The notes below the pieces were generated by a model that searched no databases, had not been told where the DNA came from, and was given only the letters and a program-made list of their open reading frames with translations. From positions 1-64,000 of the forward strand of contig CBFGTS010000005.1 of assembly GCA_965652295.1 (NCBI GenBank): a stretch of 64,000 nucleotides of DNA, read 5' to 3'. This document shows positions 9,936 to 18,470 of this stretch, piece by piece. Each line of letters opens with the position of its first letter. Position 1 is the first letter of the stretch. Made by a program: the position numbers and the translations under genes. Source of the stretch: an uncultured Haloferula sp. (lineage in GTDB: Bacteria > Verrucomicrobiota > Verrucomicrobiia > Verrucomicrobiales > Akkermansiaceae).

Positions 9936-12545
9936 ATGTCCCACGACACCCCATCCCCCCAAGCCCAAGGCGCGCACAAGATCATCACGCTGCTTCGCAG
10001 CACCGTCGCCACGCAGAAGCTGCCGTATCAGCACGGCACCGAGGGGGCGGCGCTGGACAGCCTTTACAAGCAGGTCTTCCTGCCCGCGCGCGAGGTGATG
10101 GAAGCCCATCCCGACGCCACCCTCGCGACGAAGATTTCCGAAATGCTCAACGGCACGCTGCGGCCGTTCATGGCCAGATGGCACCGGCGGAAGGAGAGTG
10201 GCGGCCTGGGTTCGCGCGATGGCGGCGATGCCTTCCGCGGAGAACTCGCCGACCTCCAAGAGCAGCTACGTGGGTATGCGCGCGAGTTTCATCGCATGGC
10301 CTACGGTTCGGAGTGGCGGGAGGAGAACGACGCCGTTCCTGCGGCGCTCAATGCCGATGACCTTGCGTTTCTCAGTCACCCCCTCGCCTACGGCATCCCC
10401 GAGGACGCTGAGGTGAATGGCGGCGTCCCGGAAGAAATCGCCCGGAACATCAACGAAGCCGAGCGGCAGGAAATCGAATCTCGTCGAGAAAAGACCGGAG
10501 CGGGAGGAATCGAAGGGCGGGATGCGGTAGGCCTGGCCTTCTCAGGAGGCGGCATCCGCTCCGCCACCTTCTGCCTCGGCGTCGCCCAGGTGCTCGCAGA
10601 CAAGGGGCTCGTTCGCGATGTCGATTACCTCTCCACCGTTTCCGGGGGCGGCTATGTCGGTGGCTTTCTCGCCCGCCGCCTGGGCGAGGGCACGCCGCAG
10701 CGGGATCTCGGCGGAGCGCAGGGTCCGGATCCACGGGCGATCCAGTATTTGCGCCTCCGCGCGAAGTACCTGGCGGCCAAGAGCCTGTGGGACGCCTGGG
10801 GAATGGTCTTCTCCACCGTGGCCGGCATGCTGATGAACTGGATGGTGCCGCTGCTGGTCGTCACCATCGCCGCTTGGGCAACCATGCAGGTGAAGCTTCC
10901 CGCCGACGGCGAATCCGGCTGGCTCCCGGCGGTGACGATCATGCTGGGCGTCACTTCGCTCCTCACGTTGGGGTTCTTTTTCATGCTCCGTGCCTCGGTC
11001 CAAGCCGCACGGACGACCGGCGCTCTGGCTGGCATCGCGGCTGGTCTCACGGTTCTGCTGCTTCCCGCGTGGTGGATCGATCTGGGATTTGATCAGGTGT
11101 TCGCCCACACCGACCGGCCTTGGGACAACTGGCAGGATCTCGTGCAGGGATTGAAGGAATCACCCGTCGGCCTCTGGATTTCCGGCTCCACCACCGGTGC
11201 CGGACTGACTGCCACCGTAGCCGGTATCGCGGCAATGACGCCGGTCGTGCTCCGGTTCGTGCCAGTGCTCCGCTCGCCGAAGGGACGCCGGATCGTCAAT
11301 CTGCTCTGCTTGTGGATCGCCGGCATCGTTCTACCACTGCTCGGCGTCGCCGTTTTCTACCTGCTGTGTGCGGTCGGGCGCGTCCGGAACGCAGTCACGC
11401 TCCCGGAGGGTATCTCCTTCGTAGGTGGCCTTCCGATCAGCGGGACCCAGTTGCTCGCTACCGCCATCGTGCTGCTCGGCTTGTTGGCGGTGTTCTTCCT
11501 CGACATCAACCTCACCGCTCCCTTCCGGCTCTACCGCAATGGTCTTCGCAAAACCTTCGTGGACGACCGTGATGGACCCGAACAACGGGTTGGTTTGGAT
11601 TCCCTGAATCGGACCGGAATGGGTCCCTACCATCTCATCAACTGCACGGCCAACCTGCCGTCCAGTGACTCCATCAAGCTGAGCGAACGCAAGAGCGACT
11701 TCTTCCTTTTCTCGAAATTCTGGGCGGGCTCGCCGGTCGTCGGCTACCGCCCCACCGAAACTTGGCGAATGAATGGAAAGGTCCCCGACCTCGCCTCGGC
11801 CATCGCCATCTCCGGTGCCGCGTTTTCCTCCCACATGGGGCTTGGCTCCATCCCACCGCTGCGGGCGCTGCTCACCTTCCTCAACGTACGCTTGGGGTAC
11901 TGGATTCCAAAGCCCGGCGACCGACCGCTCCGCTTCAAGCACCCGGGATTCTCCTGCCTGCTGCGTGAAATGACCGCTCTACGCATGTCCGAGAAGCAGC
12001 GCTGGCTCAACCTCTCCGACGGCGGCCACATCGAGAACCTCGCCACCTACGAGCTGCTTCGCCGACGCTGCAAGTTCATTCTCTGCGTGGACGGCGAAGC
12101 CGATCCGGATCTCACCTTCCACGGATTCATGACCTTGATCCGTCACGCACAGATCGACCTCGGGGTGCGTATCGATGCCGATCTCGATGATCTCCGCGGC
12201 GATCCGGCCACCGGGTATTCACGTTCCCACTACCAACTCTGCCGCATCCACTACCCCGGTGGCGGCACAGGCTTGCTGCTCTACCTGAAGCTCTCCGTCA
12301 CCGGGAATGAATGCGAGCTCATCCGCCGCTACCGTGGCACCTGCCCGGAGTTCCCGCACCAGACCACACTCGACCAGTTCTTCGACGAGGAACAATTCGA
12401 AGCCTACCGCCAGCTCGGTGCGCATGTGGCTGAGGGTTTGTTCGCGCCGTGTTTGATGGGTGGGAAGGAGCACCCGGAGAACATCCCTGAGTGGTTCAGC
12501 CGACTAGCGGGCAACCTGTTGGAAAAGGAGACGGGAAACGACTGA
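9936..12545 (+). CDS. Membrane-embedded patatin/cPLA2-like phospholipase with an extra N-terminal helical domain
   Basis: GLAFSGGGIRSA (oxyanion), DYLSTVSGGG (Ser), LSDGGHIENL (Asp) and ~6-7 TM helices. A TTG start at 9915 overlapping the SLOG stop is also possible. Confidence 0.88.
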   Translation: MSHDTPSPQAQGAHKIITLLRSTVATQKLPYQHGTEGAALDSLYKQVFLPAREVMEAHPDATLATKISEMLNGTLRPFMARWHRRKESGGLGSRDGGDAFRGELADLQEQLRGYAREFHRMAYGSEWREENDAVPAALNADDLAFLSHPLAYGIPEDAEVNGGVPEEIARNINEAERQEIESRREKTGAGGIEGRDAVGLAFSGGGIRSATFCLGVAQVLADKGLVRDVDYLSTVSGGGYVGGFLARRLGEGTPQRDLGGAQGPDPRAIQYLRLRAKYLAAKSLWDAWGMVFSTVAGMLMNWMVPLLVVTIAAWATMQVKLPADGESGWLPAVTIMLGVTSLLTLGFFFMLRASVQAARTTGALAGIAAGLTVLLLPAWWIDLGFDQVFAHTDRPWDNWQDLVQGLKESPVGLWISGSTTGAGLTATVAGIAAMTPVVLRFVPVLRSPKGRRIVNLLCLWIAGIVLPLLGVAVFYLLCAVGRVRNAVTLPEGISFVGGLPISGTQLLATAIVLLGLLAVFFLDINLTAPFRLYRNGLRKTFVDDRDGPEQRVGLDSLNRTGMGPYHLINCTANLPSSDSIKLSERKSDFFLFSKFWAGSPVVGYRPTETWRMNGKVPDLASAIAISGAAFSSHMGLGSIPPLRALLTFLNVRLGYWIPKPGDRPLRFKHPGFSCLLREMTALRMSEKQRWLNLSDGGHIENLATYELLRRRCKFILCVDGEADPDLTFHGFMTLIRHAQIDLGVRIDADLDDLRGDPATGYSRSHYQLCRIHYPGGGTGLLLYLKLSVTGNECELIRRYRGTCPEFPHQTTLDQFFDEEQFEAYRQLGAHVAEGLFAPCLMGGKEHPENIPEWFSRLAGNLLEKETGND

Positions 12546-12701
12546 AGCCGACACATGGCTCGCAAGCCCCCTCGATCTTCCCCTGATGCGCCCCACTGAC
12601 GCTTCACTTCCTATCGCTACCTCGATAGCCGCGCATCATCAGCTCAAGCCCCACGAGGTGCCGTCGGATCTCGTCGCCAAGCGGCAGCGAGGGAGGTGAC
12701 G

Positions 12702-15700
12702 TCACGGTTGTTGGCTCATGGAGACTTCAAAGGGTGTGATGCGTTTGATTCTTTCCACCCGCTTTTCGGCTTGCTTCAGAAGCACCTCCAGGTCGTTGAG
12801 ATTCCATACACCACGGGCCTCCTTGCCGGCGAGAGGGCGCTCGTCATCCAGTACCGACCGCACCGCATTCATCCGGGCGATGGCCCACTTAAGAAGTGCC
12901 TCCGAAGTTTCCCCACCGTCCATATGTTCGTTTCCGTGGCGCGGACCTGTAAGATCAGCCTTGCCGGGACGCAGCTGGCTTGCAATTTCGCTTTTCCGGG
13001 CACGGCCAGCTCTTTCGAGGAGGATCATGGCTTCCACGATCCATTCGGTCGGTCGCCCGGGGAAGGCGGCAGAGCGTTCGCCCGCATCGCCCCAGTGCTC
13101 GTAATGGGTGATCGCTTCTCTAACGAGCCGCGCAGCGTCATCGACCTTTCCTGCGCGGAGCTGAGCCAGGGCGAGGGTATTCAGCAGGGCATATCCACGG
13201 TTTTTTCGGTTGTCATCGATCTTCGTCGCCAGGGTGGCGTATTTTTCGTAAATCGCAGAGTCTGCTGAATCGCCGAGGGCGACCGCCCACATCGCGCGAG
13301 CGGCAAGATCGTCGGGCGGATTGGTGATCGCGGGGTCGTGGAGGAGTTTTTGCCATTGCTCGGTCTCGCCTTCGTCCAAGAGGACGGCGCCGAGTCTTTG
13401 GATGAGGGAGATGCGGTCCTTTGTGCTCCAATCGCGTTCCAAGGCTTCCGCAAGGATGCCCCGAGCCGTATCAGTATGCTTCGCGCGGATTTCGACTTCA
13501 GCGCGGTGTTCCCAAGTTGAGTATTGGCTTTCATCGGCCTGTTTGAAGATAGTCCGGGCTCGCTCAAGATTGTCCGTTCCTCCAACTCGAATGAGCGCCA
13601 GCCCGAGGGTTTCTGAAACCTTTTCCGGATCGTCTCCAGCGAGGGCGATGATGAGTGTGAAATCCCAGGTAGCTGCGGCGATCTGGCCACCCAGCCAGTA
13701 TCCATTGCTTTCAATGGTAGCAAAGTCCTGGGGCTCTTTTTTCATCCAAGCACAGAGATGGTCTTTTGCCGCCTCCCACTGGCCCCGGGTGGCGGAGGCG
13801 ATGCAGGCGTTCTTGTGGCGGGCGATGTCGGCGGTGAGAGAGAAGTGAGGGAGGCCTGTTGTGAGGGAGGGATGGAAGGTTTTGATCCCCGCACCGCTGG
13901 CCTGTCGGGCGGAGATGCTTTCGAGCTTCTCGCGCAGGGCCGGGCCGTCGCCGCCCTGCACCTCCCACCGGCTGGCTTCCACCCTTGGTTGACCTCGGAC
14001 TTCCCCGTATCCCAGCGCGAGGAGGAGGTCGCCTGAAAACGCGACCTGAGAGGCTTCAATTCGGCGGGGTAGCACGGCGAGGGCCTCCGGTCTTGCCGGT
14101 TCTCGCTGGCTGGCGTCGGGCACCGGCCAAAGGCGGACTTCGCTTTGAGCACCGACGGCCAACCAGTCGTTCTCCTCGGACAAGGCATGAGAGAGCGTGG
14201 GTCCTGGGTGCACCATGGTCACCAGTGGGATGAGGTTTTCGGAGGCCTCGTCTATTCTCCAGATCACGGCAGACCCATCGAAGCTGGTGCTGACGAGGCG
14301 GTCTTCGTCGGCGAAGAACCCTGCGGAGGTCACGTCGGCGGTGTGCTCTTCGGAGGCTTTCAAGGTTAGGGCACCGCTCCGGGAGATTTCAAAGACGCGG
14401 ACTCGGTCGTCGACAGCACCGACGACGAGACGATGGCCGGAGTGGCTGAAGGCGAGGGCGGTGGTGGGATCCTGCGGCAGTTCCGTGTTTTTGAGGAATT
14501 CACCTGCGCCGCAATCGACGATTGCGAACGTGACCGGCCTGGGGCCGCTTTCAGGGGCATTGACCGTACTTCCCCCCACAGCCAGAAGACGTGCGGTCCG
14601 CGAGTAGGCAGCAACAGTCGGGGCGAAATGCAGGGGTTTCGAAAAGACTTCCTCACATGAGCTTCCATCCCAGTGATACACCTTCAGGATATACATCTTC
14701 AGGAAATGGCTTCGGCGTTCGACGGCGATGGTGAGGCTGCCGTCGTCGTTTTCAAATGCGGCCATCCAATGGCTACCGTCTCCGTCGGACGAGGGAAGCC
14801 GTTCGGTATGGCGCGGTTTTTCGGGCGATCCGGAGGGGTCCTCTCCGAGATCCCAGATTTCCATGTCTTCCAGATCTCCCCGACGAGTGAGAGAAACAGC
14901 CCATTTTCCTCCGTCGCTGGGGACGATCTGGCGAACTCCGGCGAGGGTTCGCGGCACCATGGATGTGCCTGCCCAGATCTTCGCCTCAGTGGTCTCATTG
15001 AGAGCGCCGGGCGCACGGTAGCGGTCCACCACGACGGCGCAGTGACCGTCGCGGCTCATGGTCGCGCGAATGGGCGTATCGACCGCCAACCATGCGAGGG
15101 GCTTGGTTCCCGCAGGCTGGGTTGACCAAATTCTCGCCGAATTGAGGGTGGTGGCCAGTAAATGAAAACCGTCCTTCGAGAAGTCCAAGGTGCCGACGGT
15201 GTCGCCGTGATGGAGAGGCGGCAGCGCAAGCGAGCCATCGGTGGCGTTCCAGAGCCTCAGATGGCGGTCACGATTCCCCGTGGCGAGGAAGCGCCCGTCG
15301 GGACTCCATGCCGCCGACCAGATCCACCCACCTTCTTCGACCTCCAGAGGTTGAGTGGGGAAGCCGATGTCTCCTTGGGACCAGAAGCAGAGGGTGCCGT
15401 CCTTCGCCGTCGATGCGAGTGTTTTTCCGTCCGGAGAAAACAACACATGGGTCAGTCCCGCATCTTGTCGAGAAAGCTGATGCCATGACCACGAGCCATC
15501 GCCCCTGTTGGCGAGCCAAACCGAACCGCTCTTATCGTCGGGCGTGGAGGTTCCGACCGCCAGATGCGGGTGCTCTCCCAGATGAAAGGTGATGTCCTCG
15601 GCGGGCGATTCGGTCATGCCGATTTCGGTCAGAAGTAAATCGGCCTCGCCGGTTTTGCTCAGCACCCGGATCGTCGATCCGCGCGTCTGGGTGGGGTCGG

Positions 15701-18470
15701 TCTGAGCGGTGGCCACGGTACCGTCATTTCCGATTGCAACACGTATGACGGGCCCGGCATCCCCAAAGCCGGAAGATGATATCGATGTGCTACACTTCTC
15801 GACCCCGTCGCTGGTAATGACAAATTTGAAGACGTTCAGTTCACCGTGGGTCAGCATCCCGCGCCCTTGCACCGCCTTCAGGGCAGTGCGGCCGACGGTC
15901 CGGAGCGTGTGGACGACCCGGTTGGGGTCCGCTGGTCCCGGTGCCGCGATCGCGAGCCCCACGGCAAGTGTCGGCACGCCATTCACGCGGCGAAAGACCA
16001 TGTGCCGGATCTCTCCATCGACATCGATGGTCTGGGCCGGCTTTCCATCGGGAGCGAGGCTGGCGACATTCCAAAGGACGATTCTGCTACCGTCGCGGAC
16101 GGCGAGGATGGCTTGGTTTGCGTCGTCCCCGCTGTTGTTCTCCAGAAAACTCAGCGAGTTGATCTTCATCCCATCGGGAAGGACGAGGTCGCGTGCTGTG
16201 CTGCTGACCCCAAGCTGGCTCACCGAAAGGCATGTCCTTTCGTTTTCATCCTTAAACGCGAGGGCGACCCACTTTGATCCATGGCTCCAATCAGCGGCGA
16301 AGAGCAGCTTGTCGTCGAAATGTTTTATTCTATTATCATTTTTGTCGTTTTTCGAGAGGCAGGCGACGAGTGCGGGGAAACGGTCGAGGGCCATCTTTGC
16401 GCGGACACGACGCGTCATTTCATCACGCTTGAATTGCTTTGATTTCAGAGAGTCGGGCAATTTTTCGACCACGCGGAATCCAGGCTCTTTGGGACCCGGA
16501 GAAATGGCGGCAGCGAGCCAAGGGGCCGAAAGCGATAGATCACCGTCGTTCTGAGCGGCCACGCCACGCTCGTCGAAAATTGCGAGCATGTGGCCGGCGA
16601 TCCAGTCGTCCCGCCACAACACTCCAATCGCGAGTGCGCATACCGCACCGATAAGGGAGCCTTTGGCAAACCAATGGGCGATCCGGGACCACCGGAGGAA
16701 ATCTCGTTCGAGCTTCTGGAGTTTCTTCCCGACGCTCCATTTCAGAGTTTCACGCAAGCGGGCTCCCCGTAGTAGCGACCGCACGGCGTCCAGCCAGCGT
16801 CCCGGGTGGCAGCCACTGGAACGTTTTAGGGCGCGCCATTCGCGCGCTTCAGAACGGAGGCGCCAAGCGATGCGGTAAGTTTCCTGCTCGCTCGCGATCC
16901 AATCGACCAACTGCGTCCAAACTTCGGTGAGCGCCGGGTGGGCCATACGCAGGAAACTCCGATCCCCATGGCGGTCCTCGGTGCTTCGAATGATGATGCC
17001 CACTTGGACAAATGCCCCGATCACTTTCTCAAGCAACCTTTCTCGCGCTCCCCGGCCCAGGGGCTTGAGCATCGGATCGCGTGCGAGAGCGCTTAGCACC
17101 TCAGCGGTGTTTGTGTCATCAAGCCACCACCGTCCGGTAGGGAGCACTCTGACCATTTCGCAGAACAGGATGCGGGTGACGATTTTTGCGTGCGGTGATT
17201 CGTGCTCGACCCGAAGAAGGGCCTCCCGTGCGGCAATATCGAGCGCCCGCGCGCCGCCTTTGACCGCATGGTAGTCGGTCTGGGTGAGAAGATTATTTGG
17301 TGGCTTGCCATCGACTCCTGCAAGCATGTGACACCACAGGCGCCTCAGGGTGAAAAGCAGCAACGGCAGGGCGGCCGGTTCACCAAGATGATCCGAGATC
17401 AAGCGGTCGCGAAAACCGGGTTCGATCCCGAGACCGATTTCATCAGCGGGGCGATCGACGAATTCAGAGAGTTCTTCCGGCAGGTGATTGATGATAAGCC
17501 ACCCATCGCAAGCGATCGCCGGTGCCGCACCGTCATTCGCCTCTTGACCGGATTTTTCGAGAGCACCGTGGAACTCCGAACACCCTGCGAGACGGCCGAC
17601 ATATGCCCGCTGCAAATCGACGATCACGAAATGTCCCTGCACCTCGGAAATCGCGAGCAGCGCTCTGAGAAACGTGAGCTGGCCTTGGCTCGTGGGATGG
17701 GATCCAGGGTCATCCGCGAGCACGAACAGAAGATTGAGATCATGAACGATCAGAAGGCGACGTTGACCGTCCTTCGTCAGTCGGTCGGCGAGAGCCTGCG
17801 GGCGTTTCAGAAGCTCATCGACAGAAACCGCAGCAGTGCCGGTCGCCTTCGCCATTTCTACTGTCAAAGCCTCGACGAAGTGAGTGTCGTCCTCCCGCGT
17901 TTCAGTTCGGTCATTCGTCCCGAAAGGCCCTACCGGCGTAAGGCGGATGACATCGAGATCCTTCTCGACCGAGAGGAGTTCGGGCACGAGGCCGTGTTCG
18001 ATGAAGTGGGAGCGACCGCTCCCGGCAGCGCCAGTGATGCCGATGAGCTTGCGGGATTGTAGGAGCTCCGTGCCCTCGTGCGCCTGGCGTTTCCAAATCC
18101 TCAGCGGGCCGGTTGCTTCGAGGTCGGCCTCTGCCGCAAGCCGTGGCCACGGGTAGTCGTCATCGGTGAACGGTGCCACATCGGGCGCATAGGGATCGAG
18201 CTCAGGGTAGGGGGCGTCATCATTGGGAAAATGGCCAGAGCGACAAAGCGTGAGGATCCAATAACTCATCAATGACAGCGCCTGCTCACGAGCCTCTTCG
18301 GGATGGAGGTCTTTCCCCAATCTTCGAATGCGATCAATGAGGTCGAGAGCTTCGCAGGTGAACTCGGCGGAGTAGGTTGGTTCGCCGTCGCCAAACGCTG
18401 CCCGCTCCTCGCGAGCTCGTTGAACAAGCTGCGCATGGGCTTCGGAAATGCCGAACGGGATTCTCTTCAC
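12702..18470 (-). CDS. nSTAND1-like NTPase - TM - WD40 beta-propellers - TPR-like C-terminus (NLR-like protein)
   Basis: YPWPRL, ITGAAGSGRS (Walker A-like), EPAALPLLLFTLRRLW, MAHPALTEVWTQLVDWI, a TM helix, WD40 repeats (FSPDGKTLAS, WSPDGRFLATG, EHTADVTSAGF) and TPR-like LNTLALAQLRAG. Confidence 0.85.
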   Translation of the reverse strand: MKRIPFGISEAHAQLVQRAREERAAFGDGEPTYSAEFTCEALDLIDRIRRLGKDLHPEEAREQALSLMSYWILTLCRSGHFPNDDAPYPELDPYAPDVAPFTDDDYPWPRLAAEADLEATGPLRIWKRQAHEGTELLQSRKLIGITGAAGSGRSHFIEHGLVPELLSVEKDLDVIRLTPVGPFGTNDRTETREDDTHFVEALTVEMAKATGTAAVSVDELLKRPQALADRLTKDGQRRLLIVHDLNLLFVLADDPGSHPTSQGQLTFLRALLAISEVQGHFVIVDLQRAYVGRLAGCSEFHGALEKSGQEANDGAAPAIACDGWLIINHLPEELSEFVDRPADEIGLGIEPGFRDRLISDHLGEPAALPLLLFTLRRLWCHMLAGVDGKPPNNLLTQTDYHAVKGGARALDIAAREALLRVEHESPHAKIVTRILFCEMVRVLPTGRWWLDDTNTAEVLSALARDPMLKPLGRGARERLLEKVIGAFVQVGIIIRSTEDRHGDRSFLRMAHPALTEVWTQLVDWIASEQETYRIAWRLRSEAREWRALKRSSGCHPGRWLDAVRSLLRGARLRETLKWSVGKKLQKLERDFLRWSRIAHWFAKGSLIGAVCALAIGVLWRDDWIAGHMLAIFDERGVAAQNDGDLSLSAPWLAAAISPGPKEPGFRVVEKLPDSLKSKQFKRDEMTRRVRAKMALDRFPALVACLSKNDKNDNRIKHFDDKLLFAADWSHGSKWVALAFKDENERTCLSVSQLGVSSTARDLVLPDGMKINSLSFLENNSGDDANQAILAVRDGSRIVLWNVASLAPDGKPAQTIDVDGEIRHMVFRRVNGVPTLAVGLAIAAPGPADPNRVVHTLRTVGRTALKAVQGRGMLTHGELNVFKFVITSDGVEKCSTSISSSGFGDAGPVIRVAIGNDGTVATAQTDPTQTRGSTIRVLSKTGEADLLLTEIGMTESPAEDITFHLGEHPHLAVGTSTPDDKSGSVWLANRGDGSWSWHQLSRQDAGLTHVLFSPDGKTLASTAKDGTLCFWSQGDIGFPTQPLEVEEGGWIWSAAWSPDGRFLATGNRDRHLRLWNATDGSLALPPLHHGDTVGTLDFSKDGFHLLATTLNSARIWSTQPAGTKPLAWLAVDTPIRATMSRDGHCAVVVDRYRAPGALNETTEAKIWAGTSMVPRTLAGVRQIVPSDGGKWAVSLTRRGDLEDMEIWDLGEDPSGSPEKPRHTERLPSSDGDGSHWMAAFENDDGSLTIAVERRSHFLKMYILKVYHWDGSSCEEVFSKPLHFAPTVAAYSRTARLLAVGGSTVNAPESGPRPVTFAIVDCGAGEFLKNTELPQDPTTALAFSHSGHRLVVGAVDDRVRVFEISRSGALTLKASEEHTADVTSAGFFADEDRLVSTSFDGSAVIWRIDEASENLIPLVTMVHPGPTLSHALSEENDWLAVGAQSEVRLWPVPDASQREPARPEALAVLPRRIEASQVAFSGDLLLALGYGEVRGQPRVEASRWEVQGGDGPALREKLESISARQASGAGIKTFHPSLTTGLPHFSLTADIARHKNACIASATRGQWEAAKDHLCAWMKKEPQDFATIESNGYWLGGQIAAATWDFTLIIALAGDDPEKVSETLGLALIRVGGTDNLERARTIFKQADESQYSTWEHRAEVEIRAKHTDTARGILAEALERDWSTKDRISLIQRLGAVLLDEGETEQWQKLLHDPAITNPPDDLAARAMWAVALGDSADSAIYEKYATLATKIDDNRKNRGYALLNTLALAQLRAGKVDDAARLVREAITHYEHWGDAGERSAAFPGRPTEWIVEAMILLERAGRARKSEIASQLRPGKADLTGPRHGNEHMDGGETSEALLKWAIARMNAVRSVLDDERPLAGKEARGVWNLNDLEVLLKQAEKRVERIKRITPFEVSMSQQP

